Part shown: positions 38,028-46,975 of the stretch, piece by piece
Layout of the letters: the number at the start of each line of letters is the position of its first letter
How positions within the stretch are numbered: position 1 is the stretch's first letter
Source of the DNA: Myxococcota bacterium
GTDB lineage: Bacteria > Myxococcota_A > UBA9160 > UBA6930
Reading direction: 5' to 3'
Assembly (NCBI GenBank): GCA_965223705.1
Contig: OZ245015.1
Coordinates: forward strand, 4,128,001 to 4,192,000
DNA length: 64,000 nucleotides
The notes under the pieces: generated by a model
Told to the model about the DNA's origin: nothing
The model's input: the letters and a program-made list of their open reading frames with translations, nothing else
Database searches by the model: none
Program-made: the position numbers and the translations under genes

Positions 38028-38597
38028 CTAACCGATCGGACACGCCGGGGCGTCGGCAACCGACTCGCGCGTGCTCGAGTCGACGTCGGTCTCGAACGTG
38101 GCGTGCACGCGGTTGACCATCGCCGCGAGTCCGACGGTCATGGCGAGCTCCAGCCGCTCCTCTTGAGAAAAAGCGGCTTCGAGCGCTGCATAGAGCTCGT
38201 CGTTCACTCGGTTGTGCCGAGTCAGCTCCTCGGAAAACCGCAACACCAAGCGGTCCTTCTCATCCAATGACTCGCAGGTTTCAGGGGCCGCCATGGCCGC
38301 CATCTCTCGATCCGTCAGTCCGACGCTCCGACCGAGCATCACGTGGGTCGGGATTCAGTAGTGACAACTGTTGACTTGCGAGGCGCGCAGGTAGGCGAGT
38401 TCGCGCAGGCGCGGCGCCAACGTGGGCTCGCCGTAGAGCGCCTCGGCGATTCCGAGAAACCCTTCCGCGGCCTTTTCGTTGTGCGCCCACAACTTGAATA
38501 CGTTGAGGACGGAGAACCCGAGTGTCTCCATGCGCTGAAAGAGTGCTCGTTGCGCGTTCGAAGCAGCGCTCTCTTCGACCAGGGGAATCCGAGACAT
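38028..38597 (-). CDS. Carboxymuconolactone decarboxylase/AhpD-like protein with in-frame UGA (probable selenocysteine)
   Basis: Track ORFs 38355-38663 and 38028-38342 are in one frame. Read-through gives LRELAYLRASQVNSCHY-U-IPTHVMLG, i.e. CxxU-xxx-H, 189 aa; GAAAGGAG RBS before ATG 38597. Confidence 0.82.
38327..38354 (-). other. Candidate bacterial SECIS hairpin
   Basis: Directly after the UGA: AUC-CCGACC-cacgugaugcuc-GGUCGG-A (6-bp GC-rich stem, G-containing apical region). Confidence 0.5.
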
Positions 38598-38653
38598 GCG
38601 TCTCCTTTCGTGGTTGCGTTGGGCCGGATCTTTCCACGCTCGGGCGGTTTCGG

Positions 38654-39505
38654 CTAGCGCCACACCGGATCTCGAACGAGATGGCAGCTGCGAAAGCGCT
38701 GATTCTCCAAATAAGAGAAAGCGAGTCTCTCACCGGCAAGGAAACGCCGGTTGAGCTCCTCCGGCGACACGTCGCCGCTCGGATAGCGGTGCAGCTCATC
38801 CACGCGGTTGAACGCCAAATTGACCAGGCGGGGGGCGGCGTAGCAGAGCATTCGGTCTGCCCAGGGCTCGCTGGCTTGCAGCTCGGGTTCGATTCTCGTG
38901 ATGTGCTGAAACACCGGAACGGAATCGAGATGCCGCCGGAAGCGCTCTGTGAGGAAGACGTTCCCGTCCACCGAGAAGCGAACTTCCCAGTCGCCGCGAG
39001 GGCACTTCGAATAGTGCGCCCAAGCGCGTCGAACGTAGGTTGCGGAGGCGCGCGGTGGGACGCGCCAGGTTCTCCCACGGCGCATGAACGGGGGACGCGT
39101 GATCCAATCCATCGGTTGGCACCAGACCACTCCCCGGTGGAGACGCAACGACAAGGCCAGGAGATCCGGTTCGGTGCGAAGGCGCTGGAACTCGCGATCG
39201 TCTGTCGAAAAGTCGCGCAGCAACACGTCGTCATCGACGAAGAACGCGAAGAACTCGCGAGGGTTGGCGTCGATGAGTGCCGTGAGCTGTCGATTGAGCG
39301 GCGCGTCTGTTTCCTTCGCAAAGCGCACCTCTGGGTGGAAGCTCGCGACGCGTTCGTATCCGCGCTCGAACTGCACGTCCGTCGCCTTGTAGAGGACGTT
39401 GATTGCGTACGCCGCGCTGTCTCGACCGTAGCGGTACATCGAGGAAAGCAGCTGGTCGAGCTGTGCCGCGCGATCGCGCGAAAAGACGATCGCGCTGAGA
39501 CTCAT
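38654..39505 (-). CDS. Glycosyltransferase-like protein (GT-A fold)
   Basis: AIVFSRDRAAQLDQLLSS, FFVDDD motif. Confidence 0.6.
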   Translation of the reverse strand: MSLSAIVFSRDRAAQLDQLLSSMYRYGRDSAAYAINVLYKATDVQFERGYERVASFHPEVRFAKETDAPLNRQLTALIDANPREFFAFFVDDDVLLRDFSTDDREFQRLRTEPDLLALSLRLHRGVVWCQPMDWITRPPFMRRGRTWRVPPRASATYVRRAWAHYSKCPRGDWEVRFSVDGNVFLTERFRRHLDSVPVFQHITRIEPELQASEPWADRMLCYAAPRLVNLAFNRVDELHRYPSGDVSPEELNRRFLAGERLAFSYLENQRFRSCHLVRDPVWR

Positions 39506-39540
39506 CTTCGCTTGCCGGCGGCGCTATATTTCACCGTCCC

Positions 39541-40524
39541 ATGGCCGCTGACAAAACGCCCAAGGTCACCGTCGTCGTCACGCAGCGCGAGCGCTTTAGC
39601 GGATCGCTCGAATCGCTGGATTCCCTGCTGGCCAACACTTCCGAGCCGTTTGCGCTGGTGTACGTCGATGCCGGTGGGCCGAAGAAGATGTCGACCGCGC
39701 TTCGCCGCCGTGTCGAAGCGCGCGGTGGCATGTTCCTTCGGATCGACTCGTTCCTGTCGCCCAATGCGGCGCGCAACCTCGGACTCGCCCGGGTCGAGAC
39801 ACCGTACCTCGCCTTCGTCGACAACGACGTGCGGTTCCGCGAAGGCTGGCTCGAAGAGCTCGTCGCCTGCGCCGAAGACACGGGTGCCGTCCTCGTTTCT
39901 CCGATCACGTGTCAGGGTGAACCCCTTCACTCGGAGATCCATTGTCTGGCGGGCACGACCTGTATCGAGATCGACGAGAAAGGCCGACGCGTCCTCAGGG
40001 ATTGGGCCGGCCGCCAAGGGGAGCCGCTCTCGTCGTTTACCGGTGGGGACGAGCCCTTCGAAATGGAGACGGTCGAATACCATACGCTCCTCGCGCGAAC
40101 GGCGTTCTTCGAGGAGCATGGGCCCCTCGACGAGAAGCTTCCGGCATTGCACGAGCACGCCGATCTCTCGCTTTGCGTTCGCGAACAGGGCGGTCGGATC
40201 TTTCTCGCACCGCGTTCGGTCGTGACGTACGTCGGTCCGAAATCCTTCACTCTCCGCGACGCTCGCTTCTTCCTGCTGCGTTGGAGCGACGCCTGGCTTC
40301 TCCAGAGCATCGAGCGCATGGAGGAGAAATGGCAACTCGATCGCTCGCCCGAGTTCGGGGCGTTGCTCCGCGGCAACGGCTGGCAGCGGCGGCAGCTGGT
40401 ACTGCGCGGATTGGCCAACCGGGTTCCCGCCGGGCGGTGCAAGGAAGCCGCGAAATCGCTTCTCTTTCGAATCGACCACTGGGTCGGGCGAGCGAAGGGC
40501 CTTACCACAGACTCGCACCGGTAG
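39541..40524 (+). CDS. Glycosyltransferase family 2 protein
   Basis: VTVVVTQRERF, ARNLGL, YLAFVDND, LDEK..HEHADL. Confidence 0.85.
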   Translation: MAADKTPKVTVVVTQRERFSGSLESLDSLLANTSEPFALVYVDAGGPKKMSTALRRRVEARGGMFLRIDSFLSPNAARNLGLARVETPYLAFVDNDVRFREGWLEELVACAEDTGAVLVSPITCQGEPLHSEIHCLAGTTCIEIDEKGRRVLRDWAGRQGEPLSSFTGGDEPFEMETVEYHTLLARTAFFEEHGPLDEKLPALHEHADLSLCVREQGGRIFLAPRSVVTYVGPKSFTLRDARFFLLRWSDAWLLQSIERMEEKWQLDRSPEFGALLRGNGWQRRQLVLRGLANRVPAGRCKEAAKSLLFRIDHWVGRAKGLTTDSHR

Positions 40525-41395
40525 TGCGCGCGCCGCGTTTCTGCGCGAGCGATCGCACGCCGTCGCGAGCACGGCGCTCGATCGCCCGCGGCAGGACCGC
40601 CAGCAACCGCCCCGCCATCGCGATGCGCTCGGGCCACGGAACGCTGAAGTCGGGATGCTCGCTCGCCGCGTACAGACTTGTGAAATCCCGAAAGCAATCC
40701 CAGAAGCGCAGCTCGCGTCGGCTGAAGCCCTCACCCGCATAGTGAATAAAGTGCGCACAGCGCCGGACGCGAGCATCGCGGCCAAAAAGATTCATCCAGT
40801 TGAACTCGCCCGCGAGCGGCCGAATCTCGAAATCGTGACGGGCGATCAGCAGGTTGAAGTAGGTCTGGTCCCAGTGGTCGTCGATGAGGACCGCGCGCAG
40901 GAACTCCTCTTCGACGAGGTGATCGAGAAACGTCGCATCTCGGCCGAACAACATGACACCGGAGTTGTAGTAGACAGGCCGGCCTTCGTGGCGCGGCCAG
41001 TTCGGCAGTGGCCCGAGAGCCTCGCACAACGTCGCGACGTCGAGGGATCGATCGGCGTGGCGGCCCTCTTCGAGCAGGTAGCAAGCTGCGGCGTTCGGGT
41101 GCGTTTCGAAGATGTCCGGCGCCTCGGGCGCGATGAGAACGTCGCCGTCGACGTAGAGCACCCGCTCGTAGTCGCGAAGCAGGCTCCGTACGTGGATTTT
41201 CTCGAGGACGGCGGAGGCGGCCGGATGCCCTAGCGGCGGGAACCGTCGCGACACGGAGGCCTCGCGGCACGCGATGAAATCCGCGCCGATCCGCGCCGCG
41301 TAGTGGCGCATCGCGGGCAGCGTGTAGCGAAAGATCGGATCGGAGCCGATCGCGACCGTATAAATCGCGCAGCGGCTGGACGGTTCGGCTCGCAC
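40502..41395 (-). CDS. Glycosyltransferase (GT8-like / nucleotide-diphospho-sugar transferase)
   Basis: YERVLYVDGD (DxD), YYNSGVM, DQTYFN, FIHYAG; start GTG 41395 (TTG 41401 alternative). Confidence 0.8.
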   Translation of the reverse strand: MRAEPSSRCAIYTVAIGSDPIFRYTLPAMRHYAARIGADFIACREASVSRRFPPLGHPAASAVLEKIHVRSLLRDYERVLYVDGDVLIAPEAPDIFETHPNAAACYLLEEGRHADRSLDVATLCEALGPLPNWPRHEGRPVYYNSGVMLFGRDATFLDHLVEEEFLRAVLIDDHWDQTYFNLLIARHDFEIRPLAGEFNWMNLFGRDARVRRCAHFIHYAGEGFSRRELRFWDCFRDFTSLYAASEHPDFSVPWPERIAMAGRLLAVLPRAIERRARDGVRSLAQKRGARTTGASLW

Positions 41396-41432
41396 GGTCA
41401 AAGATTGTAGGGGCGAAGACCCGTCTTCGGGC

Positions 41433-41630
41433 TCAGGCTGAGCCTCCCCTCCGCTCGTGCACTCGCTGGCGGATCCGGGCGGCGAGCCGCCGCAGCAGGT
41501 CCGGCGACGCGGGGCCGCTCATCGCCCGCCGTTCGAGCTCGCGAGCGACGGCGTCGAGGAGCTTTTCCCGCCAGTCGGGCTGATTCTCCGGGTCCGCCGG
41601 ACGCTGTTGGATCATGCGATCGGTTAGCAC
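41433..41630 (-). CDS. Small hypothetical protein (60-65 aa, basic, helical)
   Basis: Fills the intergenic gap; amphipathic WREKLLDAVARELERR..LLRRLAARIRQR; start is GTG 41630 or ATG 41615. Confidence 0.5.
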   Translation of the reverse strand: MLTDRMIQQRPADPENQPDWREKLLDAVARELERRAMSGPASPDLLRRLAARIRQRVHERRGGSA

Positions 41631-41649
41631 ACTTTCGTTCTAATTTCGC
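41631..41649 (+). promoter_or_regulatory. Second copy of the lexA-promoter motif (candidate SOS box)
   Basis: ACTTTCGTTCTAATTTCGC versus ACTTTCGTCGTAGTTTCGC at 1075-1057 (minus): 16/19 identical. Confidence 0.5.
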
Positions 41650-41673
41650 TTTTTAACTGGATCCCTTACGGGC

Positions 41674-42060
41674 GTGAGCGATCCTTCCATCATGTTCGAA
41701 CCGCTCTCCGGCCGCTGTTATTGCGACAAGATCCGCTTCGAAGTGACGTCGGAGCCGCTCGAGACGGTGGTCTGTCATTGCCCGGACTGCCGGCGTGCGA
41801 TCGGGGCACAATCCGTCGCCTGGATCTTCGTGGCGACGGACCGCTTCCGCGTGGTCGACGGCGAGCTCGCGAGCGTCAGCATCCGCCCCGGAATCGAGCG
41901 ATTGTTTTGCGGAGCGTGCGGAACATCCATCGCGTGGGTGAGTGACGAGTATCCGGGTCGCATCGACATCACGGTGGGAAGCCTCGACGATCCGGCGCGA
42001 GTGCCTCCCGAGAAAGCGGTCCATCGTCGCCACCGGATCCCCTGGGCGTCGCGAATCTAA
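41674..42060 (+). CDS. GFA (CENP-V) family zinc-binding protein
   Basis: GRCYC, CHCPDCRR, FCGACGT, VGSLDDP; alternative start ATG 41692. Confidence 0.9.
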   Translation: MSDPSIMFEPLSGRCYCDKIRFEVTSEPLETVVCHCPDCRRAIGAQSVAWIFVATDRFRVVDGELASVSIRPGIERLFCGACGTSIAWVSDEYPGRIDITVGSLDDPARVPPEKAVHRRHRIPWASRI

Positions 42061-42064
42061 GGGA

Positions 42065-43309
42065 ATGAGCGGTTTCAAGGCGCCGCGACTCCCGCTGAAT
42101 CTCGCCGGCAGAGCGTTTGGCGCACATAAGTACGAGACCTACCGCTGGTTGCTCGAGCATGCGCCCGTGTGTCGGGGGCGCATCGGCTGGCTCCGCTTCG
42201 TGCTGGTCGCGCGCTATGAAGACTGCCAGGCCGTACTCGCCGACCCGCGGCTCCTTCGCAACCGCGGGCGCGCGAGAGGACGCGGCGGCCCGTTGCCTTT
42301 TCCGCTTCCAAAGAACGTCGCCGCCTTGGCCAAGAGCATGATCGTCGAAGACGACCCGGAGCACCGCCGCCTGCGCAATCTCGTGAACAAGGCGTTTACG
42401 CGTCGCGCCGTAACCCGGCTGGAAGCTCGCGTCGAAGCCGACGCACACGCGCTCCTCGATCGCCTGCCGACCCAAGACCGTGTCGACCTCTTGAAGGATT
42501 ACGCGCGACCGATTCCGACGAGTGTCATCGCCGAGATGGTCGGCGTCTCGAAAACAGAGGTCGACCGATTGAAAGACACGCTGCGGGTGCTCTCGGACGG
42601 GTTCTCGGGCTGGGGACTCGTTCGGACGCTCTTTGTTGACTTGCGAAGAACGGGTCGCTTTCTCCGAGAGCTCATCGAGAAGAAGCGCGGCGATCCCGGC
42701 GAAGACATTCTGTCCGACTTGATTCGCGCCGAGGAAGACGGCGATCGCTTGAGCGCCGATGAGCTCGTGAGTCTCGTCTTTCTGCTCATCATCGCGGGAT
42801 TCGAAACGACGCAGCATCTCATCGCAAACGGCGTCGCCGTCCTCCTCGAACATCCGGAGTCGTGGGATGCGTTGCGTCGCGATCCTTCGCTCATGGGCTC
42901 CGCAGTCGAGGAAATCCTGCGCTTCCGCGGCCCGATCCACGGAACGAAACCACAGTACGCGACGCAAGACTTTACCTTGGAGGGGGAGCGCATTTCGCGG
43001 GGCACTGCCGTCATGCCGCTCCTTGGCGCGGCGAACCGCGACCCTGCGGTGTTCGATGATCCCGACGAATTCCGTGTGACGCGCACGCCGAACCGGCACT
43101 TGAGCTTCGGTTTCGGTCGACACTTCTGTCTCGGGGCACAGCTCGCGCGGATGGAGGCCGCGGTGGCGCTGCGCGTGCTTCTCGAGCGGAGCCCGGAGCT
43201 GCGACTGGCCGGCCTTCCGGGCTCCCTCGAACTCGCGAACACCGTCGGGTGGCACCGCTACACCGAGCTCCCAGTTGTTCTCGGCAAAGCGGGTCCGGAC
43301 GTGCGCTAG
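42065..43309 (+). CDS. Cytochrome P450
   Basis: DDPEHRRLR, IAGFETT, EEILR, HLSFGFGRHFCLGAQLAR. Confidence 0.96.
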   Translation: MSGFKAPRLPLNLAGRAFGAHKYETYRWLLEHAPVCRGRIGWLRFVLVARYEDCQAVLADPRLLRNRGRARGRGGPLPFPLPKNVAALAKSMIVEDDPEHRRLRNLVNKAFTRRAVTRLEARVEADAHALLDRLPTQDRVDLLKDYARPIPTSVIAEMVGVSKTEVDRLKDTLRVLSDGFSGWGLVRTLFVDLRRTGRFLRELIEKKRGDPGEDILSDLIRAEEDGDRLSADELVSLVFLLIIAGFETTQHLIANGVAVLLEHPESWDALRRDPSLMGSAVEEILRFRGPIHGTKPQYATQDFTLEGERISRGTAVMPLLGAANRDPAVFDDPDEFRVTRTPNRHLSFGFGRHFCLGAQLARMEAAVALRVLLERSPELRLAGLPGSLELANTVGWHRYTELPVVLGKAGPDVR

Positions 43310-43318
43310 GTTCCCGGT

Positions 43319-43510
43319 GTGACCAAGCTCTCGTGGCAACAGGCATTGGCGCTCCTCGTGGTGAGTTCAATCGCGAGCTTTGCCGCCGGTGCGCTCTTGA
43401 CGAAGGCCGTTCCCGACATCGGGATGACCAGCGCCGCGACCACTCCCGCCGCCGACGCAGAAGCCTTCGACGTCATCATTTCCGGGAACGGTGCCACGGG
43501 CGCCTGGTAG
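43319..43510 (+). CDS. Small secreted/membrane hypothetical protein (63 aa)
   Basis: Hydrophobic N-terminal helix; TAGGTT lies 6 nt upstream of the GTG. Confidence 0.45.
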   Translation: MTKLSWQQALALLVVSSIASFAAGALLTKAVPDIGMTSAATTPAADAEAFDVIISGNGATGAW

Positions 43511-43512
43511 CC

Positions 43513-44436
43513 CTATCCCGCGTTCGCGGGTGCCAACGCTTCGAGCAACGCCCAATCCGGAACGCACGCATAGCCGAGCTCGACTCCGTGCACCTTCGGC
43601 GTGAGGGGTTGTCCGCCCTCGGCCGATGCGACCGCGTTCACCGCCACCTGTGTCGCCCCGGCGTCGAAGTGTTGCGCGATGCGTCGGCGGATGTCGTCGA
43701 CCGTGCCCCACGCCACGAGGGCGTCGACCAACGCGTCACTCCCACCGTTGTCGAGGTCGGCTTCGCTAAATCCGTAGCGGAACCAGTTTTGATAGTAGTT
43801 GGGAGCCTGCGCGTAGAAGTTCAAGGTGTGTCGACCGATCGCGCGAGCACGATCCGGGTCTTCGCACAAGACGGCGTGCTGCATCGTGCAAATCCACTTG
43901 TCGGGCCCCAAGATCTTGCGTGAACGCTCGGTGTGTTCGACCGGGCAGTTCGCGGGGATCGTGCCATTCGTTCGCGACCCGGCGAGCTCGGTCATCTTCG
44001 GCCCCAGTGCCGCGAGGACAAGTGGCGGATCCTCCCCCGGCAGCGCGGGCTTTGAAGCGTCCATGGCGTCCAAGTAGTTCCGCATGAAGGTGAGCGGTTT
44101 TTCGTAGGTGTGTCCGCGCGCTTCGCTCACGAGAACTCGGTGTGAGACCCCGAGGCCCATGATGAAACGGCCGCCCGAAAAATCGTGGAGCGAGCGCGCA
44201 CCCTGTACGGACGCCATCGGATCGCGCGCGTAGACGTTCGCGATGCCGGAGCCGACCTCGAGGGTGTCGGTCGAGGCCAGCAAGTGTGCCCCGCAGGCGA
44301 AGCTCTCGTGGTGAAGCGCCTCGACGTACCAAAGCGTCTCATAGCCCAGGGATTCGACCCGGCGAGCGGTCGCGGAGAGCTCTGCGCCTGTAAACGCATC
44401 GGAGTAGAGAAACATTCCGAGACTTCCAGTCTTCAC
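43513..44436 (-). CDS. LLM-class oxidoreductase, probably F420-dependent
   Basis: ESLGYETLW, GSGIANVYARDP, GRFIMGLGVSH, LAALGPKM, DALVAWGT; GTG after GAGGAGG. Confidence 0.88.
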   Translation of the reverse strand: MKTGSLGMFLYSDAFTGAELSATARRVESLGYETLWYVEALHHESFACGAHLLASTDTLEVGSGIANVYARDPMASVQGARSLHDFSGGRFIMGLGVSHRVLVSEARGHTYEKPLTFMRNYLDAMDASKPALPGEDPPLVLAALGPKMTELAGSRTNGTIPANCPVEHTERSRKILGPDKWICTMQHAVLCEDPDRARAIGRHTLNFYAQAPNYYQNWFRYGFSEADLDNGGSDALVDALVAWGTVDDIRRRIAQHFDAGATQVAVNAVASAEGGQPLTPKVHGVELGYACVPDWALLEALAPANAG

Positions 44437-44484
44437 AAGACCTCCTCGATCGGTGCGTTCGTCGATCCATCCTATCATTGACGA

Positions 44485-45333
44485 ATGCCGAAAGACGTCA
44501 CGGTCTGCCTCTCGTTCGACTTCGATGCGATGTCGGTCTGGATCTCGAGTTTCAAGACCGACTCCCCAAACGCGCTTTCTCGGGGAGAGTTCGGGCGCGT
44601 CGGTGCACACCGCGTCCTCGACCTCTTGCGGGAGCGCGGAATCCCGTCGACCTGGTTTATCCCGGGCCACACGATCGAAGCGTTCCCCGAAGCTTGCCGC
44701 CAGGTCGTGGAAGACGGGCACGAAGTCGGCCACCACGGCTACTGCCACGAGAATCCGCGCTCCCTCTCCGATGAAGAAGAGCGGAACGTATTGCTGCGGG
44801 GCTCCGCTCTCATCGAGAAACTGAGCGGAGCGAAGCCCGTCGGCTACCGCGCCCCGGCCGGCAGCTTCAGCGGGCGAACCATCGGCCTGCTGACGGAGCT
44901 CGGGTTCCGCTACGACAGCAGCATGATGGGGGACGACTTCTCGCCCTACTACTGCCGGGTCGGCGATGAGGCGCCGGTTGACAGCCCCTTTGTATTCGGC
45001 CGGAGTGTGGATCTGGTCGAGCTACCGTTCTCGTGGAACCTCGACGACTTCCCCGCCTTCGAATACACCGCCACGAGGCGAGGCATCCAGCAGGGCCTCG
45101 CCGACCCGGACCGGGTCTACGCGATTTGGCGCGACGAATTCCGATATCTGTACGACAGGATCGGCTCCGGCGTATTCGTGCTGACGATGCACCCCCAAAC
45201 CATCGGGCGTGGGCACCGGATGCTCATGCTCGAACGTCTGCTCGACGACATGGCCGGGCGCGAAGGCGTGCGCTTTGACACCATGGCCACCTATGCGGCG
45301 CGCTGGCGCGAGCGCCACCCGCCGGCGTCTTAG
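44485..45333 (+). CDS. Polysaccharide deacetylase family (PuuE/HpPgdA-like)
   Basis: SFDFDA, TWFIPG, HEVGHHGYCHE, GYRAP, YDSS, LTMHPQ. Confidence 0.9.
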   Translation: MPKDVTVCLSFDFDAMSVWISSFKTDSPNALSRGEFGRVGAHRVLDLLRERGIPSTWFIPGHTIEAFPEACRQVVEDGHEVGHHGYCHENPRSLSDEEERNVLLRGSALIEKLSGAKPVGYRAPAGSFSGRTIGLLTELGFRYDSSMMGDDFSPYYCRVGDEAPVDSPFVFGRSVDLVELPFSWNLDDFPAFEYTATRRGIQQGLADPDRVYAIWRDEFRYLYDRIGSGVFVLTMHPQTIGRGHRMLMLERLLDDMAGREGVRFDTMATYAARWRERHPPAS

Positions 45334-45638
45334 CCGTCCACCATGACGTGCTCTTCGGTGAGCAGGATGACGAGGTCTCCCGAACCGTCTGTGGCGCTCT
45401 TCCTGGCGCGCTGGCCCTCGGGCTTGTCGAAGATGGCTTCCATGTGTTCGCGCTTCTCAAACCACACTTCTGCAGCGCCATCGTAGGCCTGGTCGTCCGT
45501 GGTCGAGAGGTTGATGCAGTAGCGAACCAAGCCGGGCCACTGCTTCACCTTCTCCGCGTGCTCCGAAAGCCACCAGCTGCGGAATTCGTCGATGGGCATT
45601 CCTTCAGGGCGCTTCAAAATCCCGACGACTTTGAACAT
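45330..45638 (-). CDS. EthD family reductase
   Basis: LKRPEGM..EFRSWWLSEHA..PGLVRY..YDGAAEVWF. Confidence 0.85.
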   Translation of the reverse strand: MFKVVGILKRPEGMPIDEFRSWWLSEHAEKVKQWPGLVRYCINLSTTDDQAYDGAAEVWFEKREHMEAIFDKPEGQRARKSATDGSGDLVILLTEEHVMVDG

Positions 45639-45866
45639 CGGCTCCTCCTACTTCGTCTGTGATTCTACGCAGAATCGAAACGCCGGGGGTGGAACGTGCT
45701 CGAAAAAGTGATCTTGCTCACGCCTTCCGGCGATCAAAGCCGCAACACTCGGCGTCGCATTTCCCTTGAGGCGTGTCTCTACGCCCGGATAGACTGCGTC
45801 TCCGGCTTTGGCCCACTGCAAAACGCGGCGAGAAAACCCCGAAGCTGTCATGCAAGGAGAGACTGA

Positions 45867-46310
45867 ATGGGACTGTTTGACTTCGTGAAGGAGGCCGGAG
45901 AAGGCCTCATCGGAGCGCTGGGCAAGAGCCGAGACGAGGACTCGAAAGCGCTCGAATCGCGTGTCCGCGATCTGGGAATCTCCGTCGACGGACTCCGGGT
46001 CGACGTCGACGGTGAAAAAGCGGTGCTGCGTGGCAAGGCGGCGAACCAGGCGGATCGCGAGAAAGCCATTCTCGCCGCGGGCAATACGCCCGGCATCGCC
46101 CAGGTCGAAGACGAGATCGAGGTCAGCGCGCCGGAGCCGGAATCCCAGTACTACCGCGTAAAGAGTGGGGATTCGCTTTCGAAGATCGCCAAGCAGTTCT
46201 ATGGCGATCCGATGAAGTACCCCGTTCTCTTCGAAGCGAATCAGCCCATGCTGAAGGACCCGGACAAGATCTATCCGGGGCAGGTGTTGCGAATCCCTCC
46301 CCAATCATAA
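45867..46310 (+). CDS. BON-LysM protein (Kbp/YgaU-like)
   Basis: MGLFDFVKEAGE, BON domain, LysM YRVKSGDSLSKIAK..IYPGQVLRIP. Confidence 0.92.
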   Translation: MGLFDFVKEAGEGLIGALGKSRDEDSKALESRVRDLGISVDGLRVDVDGEKAVLRGKAANQADREKAILAAGNTPGIAQVEDEIEVSAPEPESQYYRVKSGDSLSKIAKQFYGDPMKYPVLFEANQPMLKDPDKIYPGQVLRIPPQS

Positions 46311-46364
46311 GGGGGGTAACTGCGATCGTACCCGCGCAGTCATGCGACGGGAATTGGAGGAACG

Positions 46365-46811
46365 ATGAAAAGAATCATCGCGATCACGCTTGGAATCGGA
46401 ATGACGGTTGCCCTGGCTGCGCTTTCGGGCTGCAGCCGCGATGACGCGCAGCGCGGCGCGGATGCCGTAAGCGAAGCGGCGAGCGAGGCTGCCGATGTTG
46501 CTTCCGACGCGGCAGACGCAGCCGGCGACGCCGCCTCGGACGCCATGAACGCGGCGACGGACGCCGCATCGAATGCGGCGGAGGCCGTGGAGCAAAAGGC
46601 GGAAGAAGGCGCTGAAGGCGCGAAGGGCATGCTCGGCGCGGCAGCTAGCGCGCTCGGCGCGGACAGCCCCGCCGATGTGTGCCGCAAGCTCGCCGGTGAG
46701 GGCGCTTGGGAAAAAGCCCTCGAAGTCTGTCGGAAGGCCCACGAGCTTTTCCCGGATGACATGGCCATCGAACACGCGCTTCAGCAAGCCGAGGCCGCCG
46801 CCGCGGAATAA
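46365..46811 (+). CDS. Ala/Asp-rich lipoprotein of unknown function
   Basis: Lipobox LSGC, low-complexity DAAxDAA repeats, C-terminal TPR-like helix pair; GGAGG RBS. Confidence 0.8.
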   Translation: MKRIIAITLGIGMTVALAALSGCSRDDAQRGADAVSEAASEAADVASDAADAAGDAASDAMNAATDAASNAAEAVEQKAEEGAEGAKGMLGAAASALGADSPADVCRKLAGEGAWEKALEVCRKAHELFPDDMAIEHALQQAEAAAAE

Positions 46812-46834
46812 CGCGGGGACTTCGTTCGAAGAAG

Positions 46835-46866
46835 AGGCGGGAAGCGTGAGCTTCCCGCCTTTTTTT
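46835..46866 (+). terminator. Intrinsic terminator
   Basis: AGGCGGGAAGC-GTGA-GCTTCCCGCCT followed by a T-run. Confidence 0.9.
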
Positions 46867-46975
46867 GTTGGGACTCTCCCCCATCGTACGGCAAACGCCC
46901 GATCTCGAACCGTGCCGATTCTTCCGAAGACGTGGACTCCGACAAAAGCTGCCCGAACGTGGCACTGGAGGCCCT

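Noticed and set aside
41624..41643. TTAGCAC...CTAA resembling a CIRCE element
   Set aside because: The right arm and spacing do not fit TTAGCACTC-N9-GAGTGCTAA and no chaperone gene is adjacent; the overlapping lexA-like motif explains the site better.
46440..46640. Short GACGC/GCCG repeats suggesting a tandem array or CRISPR
   Set aside because: They are degenerate codon-level repeats of an Ala/Asp-rich lipoprotein, with no constant repeat-spacer structure and no cas genes.
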